From Vicingaceae bacterium (GTDB taxonomy: Bacteria; Bacteroidota; Bacteroidia; Flavobacteriales_E; Vicingaceae): 64,000 bases of DNA. The notes beneath the pieces were generated by a model. The model was not told the DNA's origin. It was given only the letters and a program-made list of their open reading frames with translations, and did not search any database. Within the stretch, counting starts at the first letter, position 1, and every line of letters starts with the position of its first letter. The stretch lies in assembly GCA_028336925.1 (NCBI GenBank), contig JAOKVV010000003.1, positions 21,818 through 85,817 on the forward strand, given 5' to 3'. The position numbers and the translations under genes are program-made. Positions 37,635 to 48,280 of the stretch are shown one piece after another.

Positions 37635-38382
37635 GATTCAATTTTTTCAATTTAGTATACTTTAAATATACAGCCTGAGCAGAGAATCGTGCTATATCAA
37701 AACCTGCTTTCCCATCTAAAAATCCTCGATGAATTAGATAAATTTTAATAAATCTAGCAACCGCTTTATACCATTTTTTTATATCAGCTCCTTTAGTTCC
37801 TTTTTCATACATCGCTTTTGCAGAAATACTTGAGAACTTTTCTATCTGGCTTAAATGATCTTGTCTAGTATAAAAAGAATAGTGCAATAAATCTCCTTGC
37901 AGTTTTCCAACTTTGAATCCTTCCCTCATAATATATTTATCATGCGGATTTCTTCCACCCCACTCTCCTGACTCCTTAGTAAATAAACGAATCTTTACAT
38001 CGGGATACCAACTAGAGTAATGTACCCAAGTACCGCAATAATTGGTTAATCTATTCATAGCGTATGCTTGAAAATTAGCTCCCTTCTTTACTTCCTTTAT
38101 CGATTCTAAAAGTTCAGGCGTTAGCGCCTCATCGGCATCTAACGATAAAACATATTCAAATTGAGCCTGTAACCTTGCCCAGTTTTTCTGCTCTATATGT
38201 CCATCAAATTTATGCTCGACAAATCTAGCTCCTTTCGAGATCGCAATATCCTTAGTCCGATCAGTAGAAGAGGAATCAACTACCAAAATTTCATCAGCAA
38301 TTGGCAGCACAGAATCGATACAACGACCAATATTGCGCTCCTCATTAAAAGTGATGATAACTACTGAAAGCTTAAAAGCCAT
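37618..38382 (-). CDS. Glycosyltransferase family 2 (WaaE/KdtX-like)
   Basis: SVVIITFNEE, VDSSSTD, LDADE, RGFLDG. Confidence 0.9.
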   Translation of the reverse strand: MAFKLSVVIITFNEERNIGRCIDSVLPIADEILVVDSSSTDRTKDIAISKGARFVEHKFDGHIEQKNWARLQAQFEYVLSLDADEALTPELLESIKEVKKGANFQAYAMNRLTNYCGTWVHYSSWYPDVKIRLFTKESGEWGGRNPHDKYIMREGFKVGKLQGDLLHYSFYTRQDHLSQIEKFSSISAKAMYEKGTKGADIKKWYKAVARFIKIYLIHRGFLDGKAGFDIARFSAQAVYLKYTKLKKLNHGHSI

Positions 38383-38480
38383 AGAAACTAATTTACTGCA
38401 AAATAACTATTAATGAATGAAAGTAGAATCTTATCTATTTAAATAAGTTGGTAAAAAAGGTTATTTGCTAACTTAGCAGC

Positions 38481-39152
38481 ATGGGAAAATTGTATTTGGT
38501 GCCTACGCCAATAGGCAACTTAGAGGACATGACGTACCGAAGCGTTAGGATATTAAACGAAGTAGATGCCATTCTATGCGAAGATACTCGCACTTCTTCT
38601 CGCTTATTGCAGCACTATGGCATTCAAAAACGATTAATTGCCCATCATCAGCACAACGAACACAAAGCAGTAGAAAAAGTAATTGAGCATCTTCAGAATG
38701 GTGAAACACTCGCCTTAATTACAGATGCAGGCACCCCAGGTATTTCTGACCCCGGATTTTTACTTGCACGAGCTTGCGCTGAAGCTGACATTGAAGTGGA
38801 AACACTACCTGGCGCCACCGCTTTTGTACCTGCATTAGTAAATTCAGGATTACCCTGCGATAAATTCTGCTTTGAAGGCTTTTTGCCACACAAAAAAGGT
38901 AGACATACCAGATTAACTCAATTGGCTGAAGAAGAAAGAACCATCGTTTTTTATGAGTCTACCCACCGAATAGTAAAATCACTTCAGCAAATGGTGGAGT
39001 ATTTTGGAGCAGATTGTAAAGCTTCCGTTTCACGAGAGCTCACTAAAATGCATGAAGAAACTGTACGAGGAACGTTAACAGAATTAGCTCAATATTATAC
39101 GAATAACATCAGCAAAGGTGAATTTGTAGTAATTGTAGCAGGTAAAAATTAA
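38481..39152 (+). CDS. rsmI: 16S rRNA (cytidine1402-2'-O)-methyltransferase
   Basis: LYLVPTPIGNLED, EDTR, DAGTPGISDPG, RELTKMHEE. Confidence 0.96.
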   Translation: MGKLYLVPTPIGNLEDMTYRSVRILNEVDAILCEDTRTSSRLLQHYGIQKRLIAHHQHNEHKAVEKVIEHLQNGETLALITDAGTPGISDPGFLLARACAEADIEVETLPGATAFVPALVNSGLPCDKFCFEGFLPHKKGRHTRLTQLAEEERTIVFYESTHRIVKSLQQMVEYFGADCKASVSRELTKMHEETVRGTLTELAQYYTNNISKGEFVVIVAGKN

Positions 39153-40438
39153 TTGGGCTCTAGTCCGTATTTCTTCATATAGCGCTCGTACAAATCTCTT
39201 TGATGACTGCCTAAATCAATCATTTTACCACTTACGAAAGCCGCCGAAAGCTGATTGGTTCGCATATCTAACGCATCGCCTTCTGAAACAAATAAAGTCG
39301 CTCGTTTCCCAGGCTCTAAAGAACCAACTTGTTGATCAATACCCAATATTTGAGCGGCATGTAATGAAATACTTTTCAAAGCCTCTTCCCGATCTAATCC
39401 ATGAGCCGCAGCTGTACCTGCATAAAATGGAAGGTTTCGTGTTCCCATAGCTTGCATGCTTCCATCATTTTGTAAACAAAATTTAACTCCTTTCTCCGCT
39501 AATAACGCAGGCAATTGATAGGGTAAATCTACCGCATCATCTTCTCTAAGTGGTAATTCATGAACCCTTCTTAATACTACCGGAATTTTATAGTCCACCA
39601 ATAAATCGGCTACCAAAAGTGCGTCATAAGCCCCAACTAATACCGGAGACTTCACTTTCTGCTCTCTTATAAAATAAATAGCAGAGGATAACTCTTTGGC
39701 ATTATTTGCATGAATAAAAACCTTTTTATCACCTGTAAATACAGGTCTCATAGCTTCAAATCTCAAATTAGTTTCCAAAATAAAATCCGATTTCGTGTAA
39801 GCTTCTGCATTTTTAAAAAATGTAACCAATTCATTCACCTGGTTCTCAAACTCCTTATTTTCTTTATAAGTAATCGTTCCATTTTCCCATTTTCTATTGT
39901 ATACAGATGGCCAATTAATATGAATAGCATCATCCATTTTTAATACGGCATCTTCCCAATTCCATCCATCTAAATTAAAAATAGAAGAAGTACCAGAGAT
40001 TCGTCCTCCTTGTGGAGTAGATTGAACAATTAAAACCCCATTTGATCGCACAGTTGGAATTATTTTTGAATCCGTATTATAAGCAACTAAACTTCTTACT
40101 TGAGGCGTAATATTCCCGACCTCATTAGCATCTCGTGTAGCTCTTACTGCATCAATCTCTACCAAACCTAACACATTATTTGGTGATATAAATCCAGGAT
40201 AACTGTGTTGCCCATTTAATCGGATAATTACTTCATATTTCGTCGTATCTAATCGGTAATCAATGGCAGTAACTAAATCAATTTTGCCATTTCTAAATCC
40301 AATAGCCGCATCTCTGATAACTTCTCCATTTCCAATGTGAGCAGTAGTTCCTATTATTAATGTCGACTTTTCTTGTGCATTTAACATTTGCGAGCTCATA
40401 ATTATGGTCGCAAATATGACTAGTTTAATTATTCTCAT
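39149..40438 (-). CDS. Exported amidohydrolase-fold protein lacking the HxH metal motif
   Basis: PGFISPNNVLGL in place of PGxIDxHxH, GSLEPGKRAT. ATG 40438 gives a signal peptide and a short overlap with the upstream gene. Confidence 0.82.
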   Translation of the reverse strand: MRIIKLVIFATIIMSSQMLNAQEKSTLIIGTTAHIGNGEVIRDAAIGFRNGKIDLVTAIDYRLDTTKYEVIIRLNGQHSYPGFISPNNVLGLVEIDAVRATRDANEVGNITPQVRSLVAYNTDSKIIPTVRSNGVLIVQSTPQGGRISGTSSIFNLDGWNWEDAVLKMDDAIHINWPSVYNRKWENGTITYKENKEFENQVNELVTFFKNAEAYTKSDFILETNLRFEAMRPVFTGDKKVFIHANNAKELSSAIYFIREQKVKSPVLVGAYDALLVADLLVDYKIPVVLRRVHELPLREDDAVDLPYQLPALLAEKGVKFCLQNDGSMQAMGTRNLPFYAGTAAAHGLDREEALKSISLHAAQILGIDQQVGSLEPGKRATLFVSEGDALDMRTNQLSAAFVSGKMIDLGSHQRDLYERYMKKYGLEPN

Positions 40439-43400
40439 ACCCTTCGTCCTCCGTAGTATCACATTCATATAATTCTTTTTCTCTCTTTTCTGGTCGCTTT
40501 GTTTTAGCTCCACCTTTTTTTGCTGCTAGCATTTTTTGAACTAATCGCTCTCGTTCTTCTCCCACTTGCTTACGCAATAAAGCGTCTCTCTCAACGTCAT
40601 AGTAGACCGTTCCTTCTATAATGGTTTTATTCACTCTTGCATAAATGGATAAAGGGTGTGCTGTCCATAAAACTAAATCAGCATCTTTTCCTTCTTTAAT
40701 ACTTCCTATTCTATGATCTAACTGAAGCATTTTTGCAGGATTCAAGGTTACAAATTTCAATGCTTCTATTTCGCTAACTCCACCATATTTTACCGCCTTT
40801 GCCGCTTCTTGATTCAATCTTCGACCCATTTCGGCATCATCTGAATTAAAACCAGTTGTTACTCCTACTTTATGCATAATTGCGCCATTATATGGGATAG
40901 CGTCATTCACCTCAAATTTATACGCCCACCAATCTGAAAATGTAGAACCATAAGCCCCATGCTCTTTCATTTTATCGGCCACTTTATAACCTTCTAATAT
41001 ATGCGTAAAGGTATTTATCTTAAACCCCATAGAGTCCGCAACGTGCATCAACATATTTATTTCCGATTGCACATAAGAATGACAGGTAATAAATCGCTCT
41101 TCGTTTAAAATTTCTACCAACGCATCTAACTCTAAATCTCTTCTGGGTGCAGTAGCTAATTTTTTATCCCTGCTATTTTTCGAATTGTACAATTTCCAAT
41201 TATCCCCATATTCTTTCGCTCTAAAAAAATCGTCATAGAATTTTTGCTCTACACCCATTCTCGTTTGCGGAAAACGTTCGGTTTTACTATCACCCCAATT
41301 CGATTGCTTCACATTTTCACCCAAAGCAAATTTAATATGCCCTTTTGCACTATCAATATTCATTTCATCAGGCGTAGTACCCCACTTTAGTTTAATCAAT
41401 GCACTTTGCCCACCTATTGGATTTGCAGATCCGTGCAGCAATTGAGAAGTCGTAACACCACCCGATAATTGACGATAAATATTAATATCGTTAGAATTAA
41501 CTACATTGCCAATAGATACCTCTGCAGAGTTTGCTTGTCCACTTTCATTCACTCCTCTGCTTATTGCAATATGAGAATGCTCGTCAATGATCCCGGGAGT
41601 AAGGTGCATACCTTTTGCCTCAACTTCTATAATTTCAGGCATTCTTCTCGGATAAATAATACTCAAATCCAATTTGGGTCCCACATGAACGATTTTTCCA
41701 TCGACTACTAGTACATCAGTTTCCTTTAGAATACCTTTATCTTCATTAGTCCAAACAGTCGCATTTCTTATTATCATGCTCCTTTGCTGCGGAATGGCAG
41801 TATCGCCAAAAGCCATATTTGGAAACCATATCGAGCCCTTAGTTAGAGGTAGCGCTTGAGTAGAATCTTTTTTCTTCTTATCAACAAAGTCGGCTTTTTT
41901 AATAGCACCCCATTTTACCCATTCGCCATTAGAAAGCTGTGCATTCCCCGTCCATATTCTACTTTTGGCTTCACTAATGTGGCCTGAAAGCCTTAAAATA
42001 TCCTTTGATGATTTTGATTTGAAGGATAACGTTATCTGATTTCCTTTTAATTCTAAAGTCGCTTTTGTAGTAGAATCCCCACCCTTAACAGAAGCTTCTA
42101 ATTTATCTACAGCCCCTTTCACTGATAGCTCAAATTGTTGATTCCCGTTTACATTAAGATTATATTCTCCTCTGACATCAATGATAGATCTGTTTTTAAA
42201 AACTCGCTGATTTCCATTAACCCACTGCTCATAAATTACAGCTTCTTTATCATATATTGGAGCCGATGAAATAAAGAAATTAGCCGGTTTTCCTTTTTGG
42301 ATTGTACCATCAATATCATTTAATAAAAACAGTTTGGCTACATTCGTGGTGAGCGCTGCTAGCGCTTTCTCTTTAGGCAACCCGGCTTCTATCGCCTTTC
42401 TCCAATTGGGTAAAAATTGATCAGGTTTTTCTAATCCATCGGCCGTAAAAGTAAAAGAAATACCATTTTGGTCCAGAATAGCGGCATTAAATGGTGCCAT
42501 TTCCCAATGTTTCATCTCTGAAAGTGAAACATTTATGGCATCATAAGGGTCCGTTACATCGTAGGCATTAGGAAAGTTTAGGGGAATTACCATTTGAATC
42601 TCCTTTTTAGCAAAATCAGCCGCACGCAAATACTCATCACCGTTACCTTTCATAATAAACTGAAAGCCAAACTCACGTGCAATTTTATCAGCCCTATAAA
42701 TGGATAAATAATCTCCAACATCTATTAACTTAGGTAGAGCAGAAGTCTGATTAACACGCTCCAATGTAAGATTCACTTCTTTATTTCTATTCGCTGTTTT
42801 ATACCACTCTGCGTCATAGTGAGTTTGTCTCATCAACGCAATAATGCCCATTAATGATGATGGATAATCTTGCCTTGAGCTACCTTTATCAAATGAGTAG
42901 GCGGTATAAACCTCTCGTTGTTTTAATGCTTCATTATCAGAACCTCCATCAAAACTCACTAAAGCTGCAGTACCTCTAAAAATACCATCCTTTTGGTGCA
43001 CGATACCTAATCCAAACCCATTTTTTAGAAACGTCTCGGCCACTTTTTGATTACGACTAAATAGTTCAGCTGCATTCAACTCAGCTTTTACGGCTTCATT
43101 CCAATTGTAAGCGCCTTCCTTTTTTGAGGCTATCTGTGGGTTGGAACTCCATGGACTTTTTGGAACCTCAGGCATTCCGTAACTCGAAAAAGGATCAATA
43201 AACGAATGATAGATATATGCCCCATTCAAATCATACACTACAGAAGATAAAGGAATAGGAATATTTACTCCCACACTTTCTACTCGTCCATTTTTAATAA
43301 TTAATGTTCCATTATTAATTACCTCGTCAGGGGATTTAGTTATCGTAGCATTTTTAAAAACGATGGAATTATTGTTGGGGTTTCTATTTCCATTGACAGG

Positions 43401-43466
43401 GAAAGTCCCCTGAGCCTGAAAAACTTCAGCAACCAACAATAAAATAAACAAAGAAATAAACCTCAT
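40425..43466 (-). CDS. Exported two-domain amidohydrolase family protein
   Basis: Degenerate N-terminal domain (HSFIDPFS); C-terminal domain with PGIIDEHSH, KFALGEN, CHSY, THILE, NSDD, GSIKEGKDAD. Confidence 0.88.
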   Translation of the reverse strand: MRFISLFILLLVAEVFQAQGTFPVNGNRNPNNNSIVFKNATITKSPDEVINNGTLIIKNGRVESVGVNIPIPLSSVVYDLNGAYIYHSFIDPFSSYGMPEVPKSPWSSNPQIASKKEGAYNWNEAVKAELNAAELFSRNQKVAETFLKNGFGLGIVHQKDGIFRGTAALVSFDGGSDNEALKQREVYTAYSFDKGSSRQDYPSSLMGIIALMRQTHYDAEWYKTANRNKEVNLTLERVNQTSALPKLIDVGDYLSIYRADKIAREFGFQFIMKGNGDEYLRAADFAKKEIQMVIPLNFPNAYDVTDPYDAINVSLSEMKHWEMAPFNAAILDQNGISFTFTADGLEKPDQFLPNWRKAIEAGLPKEKALAALTTNVAKLFLLNDIDGTIQKGKPANFFISSAPIYDKEAVIYEQWVNGNQRVFKNRSIIDVRGEYNLNVNGNQQFELSVKGAVDKLEASVKGGDSTTKATLELKGNQITLSFKSKSSKDILRLSGHISEAKSRIWTGNAQLSNGEWVKWGAIKKADFVDKKKKDSTQALPLTKGSIWFPNMAFGDTAIPQQRSMIIRNATVWTNEDKGILKETDVLVVDGKIVHVGPKLDLSIIYPRRMPEIIEVEAKGMHLTPGIIDEHSHIAISRGVNESGQANSAEVSIGNVVNSNDINIYRQLSGGVTTSQLLHGSANPIGGQSALIKLKWGTTPDEMNIDSAKGHIKFALGENVKQSNWGDSKTERFPQTRMGVEQKFYDDFFRAKEYGDNWKLYNSKNSRDKKLATAPRRDLELDALVEILNEERFITCHSYVQSEINMLMHVADSMGFKINTFTHILEGYKVADKMKEHGAYGSTFSDWWAYKFEVNDAIPYNGAIMHKVGVTTGFNSDDAEMGRRLNQEAAKAVKYGGVSEIEALKFVTLNPAKMLQLDHRIGSIKEGKDADLVLWTAHPLSIYARVNKTIIEGTVYYDVERDALLRKQVGEERERLVQKMLAAKKGGAKTKRPEKREKELYECDTTEDEGYENN

Positions 43467-43587
43467 AAGCGAAAATGTGTTTAATAATTCAGAAGGCTAA
43501 AATTAACAAAAGAAAGGCAGCTGTTAAGGTTCATTTAACAATTTACACTGCCTTTTCATTACATTTGAATTTTTAAACATCAACACT

Positions 43588-44040
43588 ATGTATACAGGAT
43601 TAATGCACTTACATTCGGCGCTAAGATATGTTATTCTAGCTCTTTTAATTATAACAATCATTAAAGCTTTTGCCGGTTGGTTTGGGAAAAAAGAATACAC
43701 TGCAGGCGATAACAAACTGAGTTTATTCACCTTTATTAGCGCTCACTTACAGCTTCTTATCGGATTAATTTTATATGGAATTAGCCCTGTAGTAAAGGCA
43801 GGAATGGCTGATATGGCAGCTTCCATGAAAGATCCTATTATGCGTTTTTGGACGGTTGAACATATGCTTTCAATGATTGTGGCAATTTTAATTATTACCT
43901 TAGGAAGAATCATGAGTAAAAAAGCAGGTACCGACACCGCTAAGCACAGACGAATAGCAGTTTATTATCTATTAGGATTAATCCTAATCTTCTCTGCAAT
44001 TCCATGGCCTTTTTCTGCAGTAGCACGCCCTTGGTTTTAA
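43588..44040 (+). CDS. Four-TM membrane protein with His residues (hypothetical, cytochrome b-like)
   Basis: MHLHS, AHLQ, VEHM, AIPWP; -7 box TACATTTG at 43560-43567. Confidence 0.7.
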   Translation: MYTGLMHLHSALRYVILALLIITIIKAFAGWFGKKEYTAGDNKLSLFTFISAHLQLLIGLILYGISPVVKAGMADMAASMKDPIMRFWTVEHMLSMIVAILIITLGRIMSKKAGTDTAKHRRIAVYYLLGLILIFSAIPWPFSAVARPWF

Positions 44041-44065
44041 CCAGTAAAATGCCTATTTTCTTTAT

Positions 44066-45256
44066 ATGAATCTACACGACACGATTGAAAAGAAAGATGA
44101 AACCGCTATTTTAGTCGGAATCATTACACAAGAGCAAGATGAAGCTAAGGTAGAAGAATACTTAGATGAGTTGGCTTTTCTTGCGCTGACTGCAGGGGCT
44201 ATTGAGCATGCACGTTTTACTCAGAAAATATCATCGCCTAATCCGAAAACATTTGTTGGAACTGGAAAGCTAGAAGATATTGCTGCTTATGTAAAAACAC
44301 ATGATATTCAAATGGTTATATTTGATGATGAGTTAAGCCCATCTCAATTAAGAAACGTAGAAAAAGTACTTAATACCAAAATCCTAGATAGAAGTAATCT
44401 AATTCTCGATATTTTTGCCAAAAGAGCAAGAACTGCTGAGGCAAGAACACAAGTAGAGTTAGCCCAGTACGAATATCTTCTACCACGATTAACCCGAATG
44501 TGGACTCACCTCTCCCGTCAGAAAGGTGGTATTGGTATGCGTGGACCTGGTGAAACCGAAATAGAAACAGATAGACGTATTATTCGTGATAAAATCGCCC
44601 TCTTAAAGGAGAAGCTAAAAAAAATAGACAAACAGAAAGCAACACAGCGAAAAGGCAGAGAGCAAATGATTCGAGCTGCTTTAGTTGGTTATACCAATGT
44701 GGGCAAGTCTACCTTAATGAACTTATTGACCAAGTCTGATGTATTCGCTGAGAATAAATTATTTGCAACATTAGATACTACGGTAAGAAAAGTAGTAGTT
44801 GGAAATTTACCTTTCCTCCTGACAGATACTGTAGGGTTCATAAGGAAACTACCTCACCACTTGGTCGATTCTTTTAAATCTACTTTAGATGAAGTAAGAG
44901 AAGCCGATGTGTTGATTCATATCGTAGATATATCACATCCAAATTTTGAGGACCACATCAATACTGTAAAAGAAACGCTAAAAGATTTAAATGCATTGGA
45001 TAAATCAACCATCATGATCTTTAATAAAATTGATGCATTTACATACGTGAAGAAAGATGAGGATGATTTGACTCCGAAAACAAGAGAAAATTACTCTCTA
45101 GAAGAACTAATGAAAACTTGGATGGCGAAAGAGAATTACCCATGCATCTTTATCTCAGCACACGAGAAAATCAATATAAATGGCTTACGCGACCTTCTTT
45201 ATGAAACAATTAAAGATCAACACTTAAGATTGTATCCACACCGAATGCTGTACTAA
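44066..45256 (+). CDS. hflX: GTPase HflX
   Basis: GPGETEIETDRR, GYTNVGKS, LFATLD, DTVGFI, NKID. Confidence 0.97.
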   Translation: MNLHDTIEKKDETAILVGIITQEQDEAKVEEYLDELAFLALTAGAIEHARFTQKISSPNPKTFVGTGKLEDIAAYVKTHDIQMVIFDDELSPSQLRNVEKVLNTKILDRSNLILDIFAKRARTAEARTQVELAQYEYLLPRLTRMWTHLSRQKGGIGMRGPGETEIETDRRIIRDKIALLKEKLKKIDKQKATQRKGREQMIRAALVGYTNVGKSTLMNLLTKSDVFAENKLFATLDTTVRKVVVGNLPFLLTDTVGFIRKLPHHLVDSFKSTLDEVREADVLIHIVDISHPNFEDHINTVKETLKDLNALDKSTIMIFNKIDAFTYVKKDEDDLTPKTRENYSLEELMKTWMAKENYPCIFISAHEKININGLRDLLYETIKDQHLRLYPHRMLY

Positions 45257-45308
45257 AAAGCAAACTTTTTTCGATTTAATTCGCAAAAAGTTTGCTTTTG
45301 TGTTTTTC
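45256..45308 (+). terminator. Long hairpin, probable terminator after hflX
   Basis: AAAAGCAAACTTTTT-TCGATTTAATTCGC-AAAAAGTTTGCTTTT followed by a T-rich tract. Confidence 0.65.
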
Positions 45309-45326
45309 ATGTCGTAACTTATTGAT

Positions 45327-46454
45327 ATGATTGACCATACAATTCACAAAGATATAACCAAAAAAGTTGGCCAAGGTAAAGCGATCATTGTAATTGGCCC
45401 GCGCCAAGTCGGTAAAACTACCTTAATTACTAACATAGTTAAAGAATTCTCTGACGTGCTCTGGTTAAATGCAGATAACCAAGATGTGCGTACTTTATTT
45501 GGTGCAACATCATCCACACAGCTAGCAAAAGAGTTTGGAGGAGCGAAAACAATCGTAATCGATGAAGCTCAACGCATTAAAGATGTTGGAATAAAACTCA
45601 AACTCATTACTGACGAACTACCACACTTACAATTAATTGTTACCGGCTCATCAGCGTTTGAATTAGCCAATGAAGTAAACGAGCCGCTAACTGGAAGAAA
45701 ATGGGAATACCAACTATTCCCCCTATCCTTCAATGAAATGGTTGCACATCGTGGATTGATAGAAGAAAAAAGACTTCTAGCTCATCGCTTAATATTTGGC
45801 TATTATCCTGATGTAGCATTGGCAGCAGAAGGAAACGAAAAAGAGATTCTACAGCAACTATCAGACAGTTATTTATACAAAGACTTATTAACGTGGAATA
45901 AAATAAACAAGAGCGATAAATTAATTAAACTACTGCAAGCCCTCGCATTCCAAGTTGGAAATCAAGTATCTTATAACGAATTAGGCAAAACTGTAGGATT
46001 AGACAATGAAACGATAGAGTCCTACTTGCAATTATTAGAAAAAGCCTTCATCATCTTCAGATTAGGCTCATTTAGTAGAAATTTACGAACAGAATTAAAA
46101 AAGAGCCGAAAAATATACTTCTATGATAATGGTATAAGAAATGCACTAATTGCTAACTTTCAGCAGGCTGATCTTAGACAAGACGTAGGAGCACTTTGGG
46201 AAAATTTTCTAAACTCAGAAAGATACAAACACATCAGCTATCAAAAGATATGGACCAATCGTTATTTTTGGAGAACTAAAGCTCAACAAGAAATCGACTA
46301 CCTTGAAGAAAAAGACGGCCAACTTTTAGCTTTTGAATTCAAATGGAATACAAAAAGTAAAGCACGAATCACTAAAACATTCACCAATGCCTATCCTAAC
46401 GCGGAAATAAAAATAATAACACCAGAAAATTATACTGACTTTATTATGCCTTAA
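45327..46454 (+). CDS. AAA+ ATPase (AAA_14 plus DUF4143-like) of unknown function
   Basis: GPRQVGKT, IDEAQ, TGSS, LTGR, KIYFYDNG, C-terminal EIDY...AFEFKW. Confidence 0.88.
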   Translation: MIDHTIHKDITKKVGQGKAIIVIGPRQVGKTTLITNIVKEFSDVLWLNADNQDVRTLFGATSSTQLAKEFGGAKTIVIDEAQRIKDVGIKLKLITDELPHLQLIVTGSSAFELANEVNEPLTGRKWEYQLFPLSFNEMVAHRGLIEEKRLLAHRLIFGYYPDVALAAEGNEKEILQQLSDSYLYKDLLTWNKINKSDKLIKLLQALAFQVGNQVSYNELGKTVGLDNETIESYLQLLEKAFIIFRLGSFSRNLRTELKKSRKIYFYDNGIRNALIANFQQADLRQDVGALWENFLNSERYKHISYQKIWTNRYFWRTKAQQEIDYLEEKDGQLLAFEFKWNTKSKARITKTFTNAYPNAEIKIITPENYTDFIMP

Positions 46455-48271
46455 GAAAAAGTCTGCAAGTCAGTTAATTTTTTGTACACTCCATTCTCAG
46501 CTATCAGCTGATCGTGAGTTCCACGTTCTGCTATTTCCCCATCTTGCAAAACAATAATCTCATCTGCATGCTGGATAGTAGATAAACGGTGAGCAATAAC
46601 AATAGACGTTCTATTTTGCATCAACTTATACAAAGCATCCTGAACCAACTTTTCAGACTCTGTATCTAATGCCGATGTAGCCTCATCGAGAATCATAATC
46701 GGCGGATTCTTCAATACTGCTCTAGCAATACTTATTCTCTGTTTCTGACCACCAGAAAGCTTGCCACCACCATCCCCAATATTCGTATGGTATCCTTCAG
46801 GCATTTTTTCAATAAACTCATGGGCATTTGCAATCTTCGCTGCTTCTATCACTGCCTCCATGTTTGGATTTTCTACACCCAGAGCAATGTTATTAAAGAT
46901 CGAATCATTGAACAATATCGACTGCTGAGAAACAATACCCATCAACGCACGTAGGTCTTTAATTTTATAATCAGTAATTGGTGTGCCATCTAAGAGAATA
47001 ACTCCACTCTTAGGATCATAGAACCTTGGCAACAAATCAGCTAAAGTAGATTTCCCTCCACCTGACTGGCCAACTAAAGCAATGGTTTTTCCTTTTTCAA
47101 TGGTAATGTTGATGTCCTTTAAAACCTCTGTTTTACCATAAGCAAAGCTTACATGATCGAACTGAATAGCAGAATCAAATTTAACCAAAGGGTTAGCTTG
47201 TGCCTTTTCTTTGATTGAATTTTCAGCTTCTAATACGGCATCGATTCGTTCAGTAGATGCAGCACCTTTTTGAATGTTATAGTAAGCAGTTGAAAGAGAC
47301 TTAGCAGGAGTAAGCAACTGAAAGAACATAGCGATAAAAGCTAAAAACCGAGGCCCTGTGAAGTCACCAGAGGCATCAAAAACCATATTTCCACCATACC
47401 ACACCAATAACATCATTACAGTAGCTCCTAAAAACTCACTCATCGGAGAAGCCAAATCACGCTTCCGAAACATGCTGAGCATGGTATTTCTGTAGATTTC
47501 ATTAATTCCTTTAAACTTTTCATTGGCTTGACCTTCAGCATTAAACGCCTTAATTATTCGTAACCCTGTTAACGTTTCTTCCACATTAGAAAGTAATTCG
47601 CCCATTCTTACTTGCAGTTTAGAAGAAGTCCTTTTTAAACTTTTCCCAATCCGACCAATGATAAATCCACTTATTGGCAACAATATAAATGCAAAAACAG
47701 TTAACTCAGCATTGATACCGACCATAAAAACCAATGAAGCTATAATAGAGATGGGATCTCTAAAGAGCATCTCCAATGAATTCATAATCGACCACTCAAT
47801 TTCTTGAACATCGCCTGTAATTCGACTAATTATATCTCCTTTCTTTTCTTCAGAATAATAGGCCAATGGTAAGAATAAAATTTTATCATAAACATCTCTT
47901 CGAATATCTCTTACAACCCCACTTCGAATATTGGCTATAAAAAACTTAGCAAAATATCTAAACAAATTTTTAAAGAAAAAAAGAGCAGAAACAACAATAC
48001 AAACAAACATTAAAGCACCTTCTTGTCCACTCGACTCAATGTAAGGCGTCATTTTATAGTTAAAAAACGCTTCTACATAATCAGAACTTAAATCGAATTC
48101 GGGCTCTACAGTTACAGGCTCAGCATCTCCAAATAGCAAAGAAAGCAAAGGCAGGAAAGCCAATATGGATAGTAAGTGAAGAACGACTTGAATCAAGTTG
48201 CTTGAAACACTTAATATGGCGTAACCTTGATAAGGTTTAATGTACTTTAATATTTTAACTAAGCTTTTCAT
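46451..48271 (-). CDS. ABC exporter, fused permease/ATPase (MsbA-like)
   Basis: TM domain plus GQSGGGKS, LSGGQKQR, DEATSALD, AHRL. Confidence 0.92.
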   Translation of the reverse strand: MKSLVKILKYIKPYQGYAILSVSSNLIQVVLHLLSILAFLPLLSLLFGDAEPVTVEPEFDLSSDYVEAFFNYKMTPYIESSGQEGALMFVCIVVSALFFFKNLFRYFAKFFIANIRSGVVRDIRRDVYDKILFLPLAYYSEEKKGDIISRITGDVQEIEWSIMNSLEMLFRDPISIIASLVFMVGINAELTVFAFILLPISGFIIGRIGKSLKRTSSKLQVRMGELLSNVEETLTGLRIIKAFNAEGQANEKFKGINEIYRNTMLSMFRKRDLASPMSEFLGATVMMLLVWYGGNMVFDASGDFTGPRFLAFIAMFFQLLTPAKSLSTAYYNIQKGAASTERIDAVLEAENSIKEKAQANPLVKFDSAIQFDHVSFAYGKTEVLKDINITIEKGKTIALVGQSGGGKSTLADLLPRFYDPKSGVILLDGTPITDYKIKDLRALMGIVSQQSILFNDSIFNNIALGVENPNMEAVIEAAKIANAHEFIEKMPEGYHTNIGDGGGKLSGGQKQRISIARAVLKNPPIMILDEATSALDTESEKLVQDALYKLMQNRTSIVIAHRLSTIQHADEIIVLQDGEIAERGTHDQLIAENGVYKKLTDLQTFS

Positions 48272-48280
48272 CTATAAATA

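Noticed and set aside
40439-40513. N-terminal extension of the second amidohydrolase
   Set aside because: Overlaps the upstream gene by 89 nt and hides the signal peptide starting at 40438.
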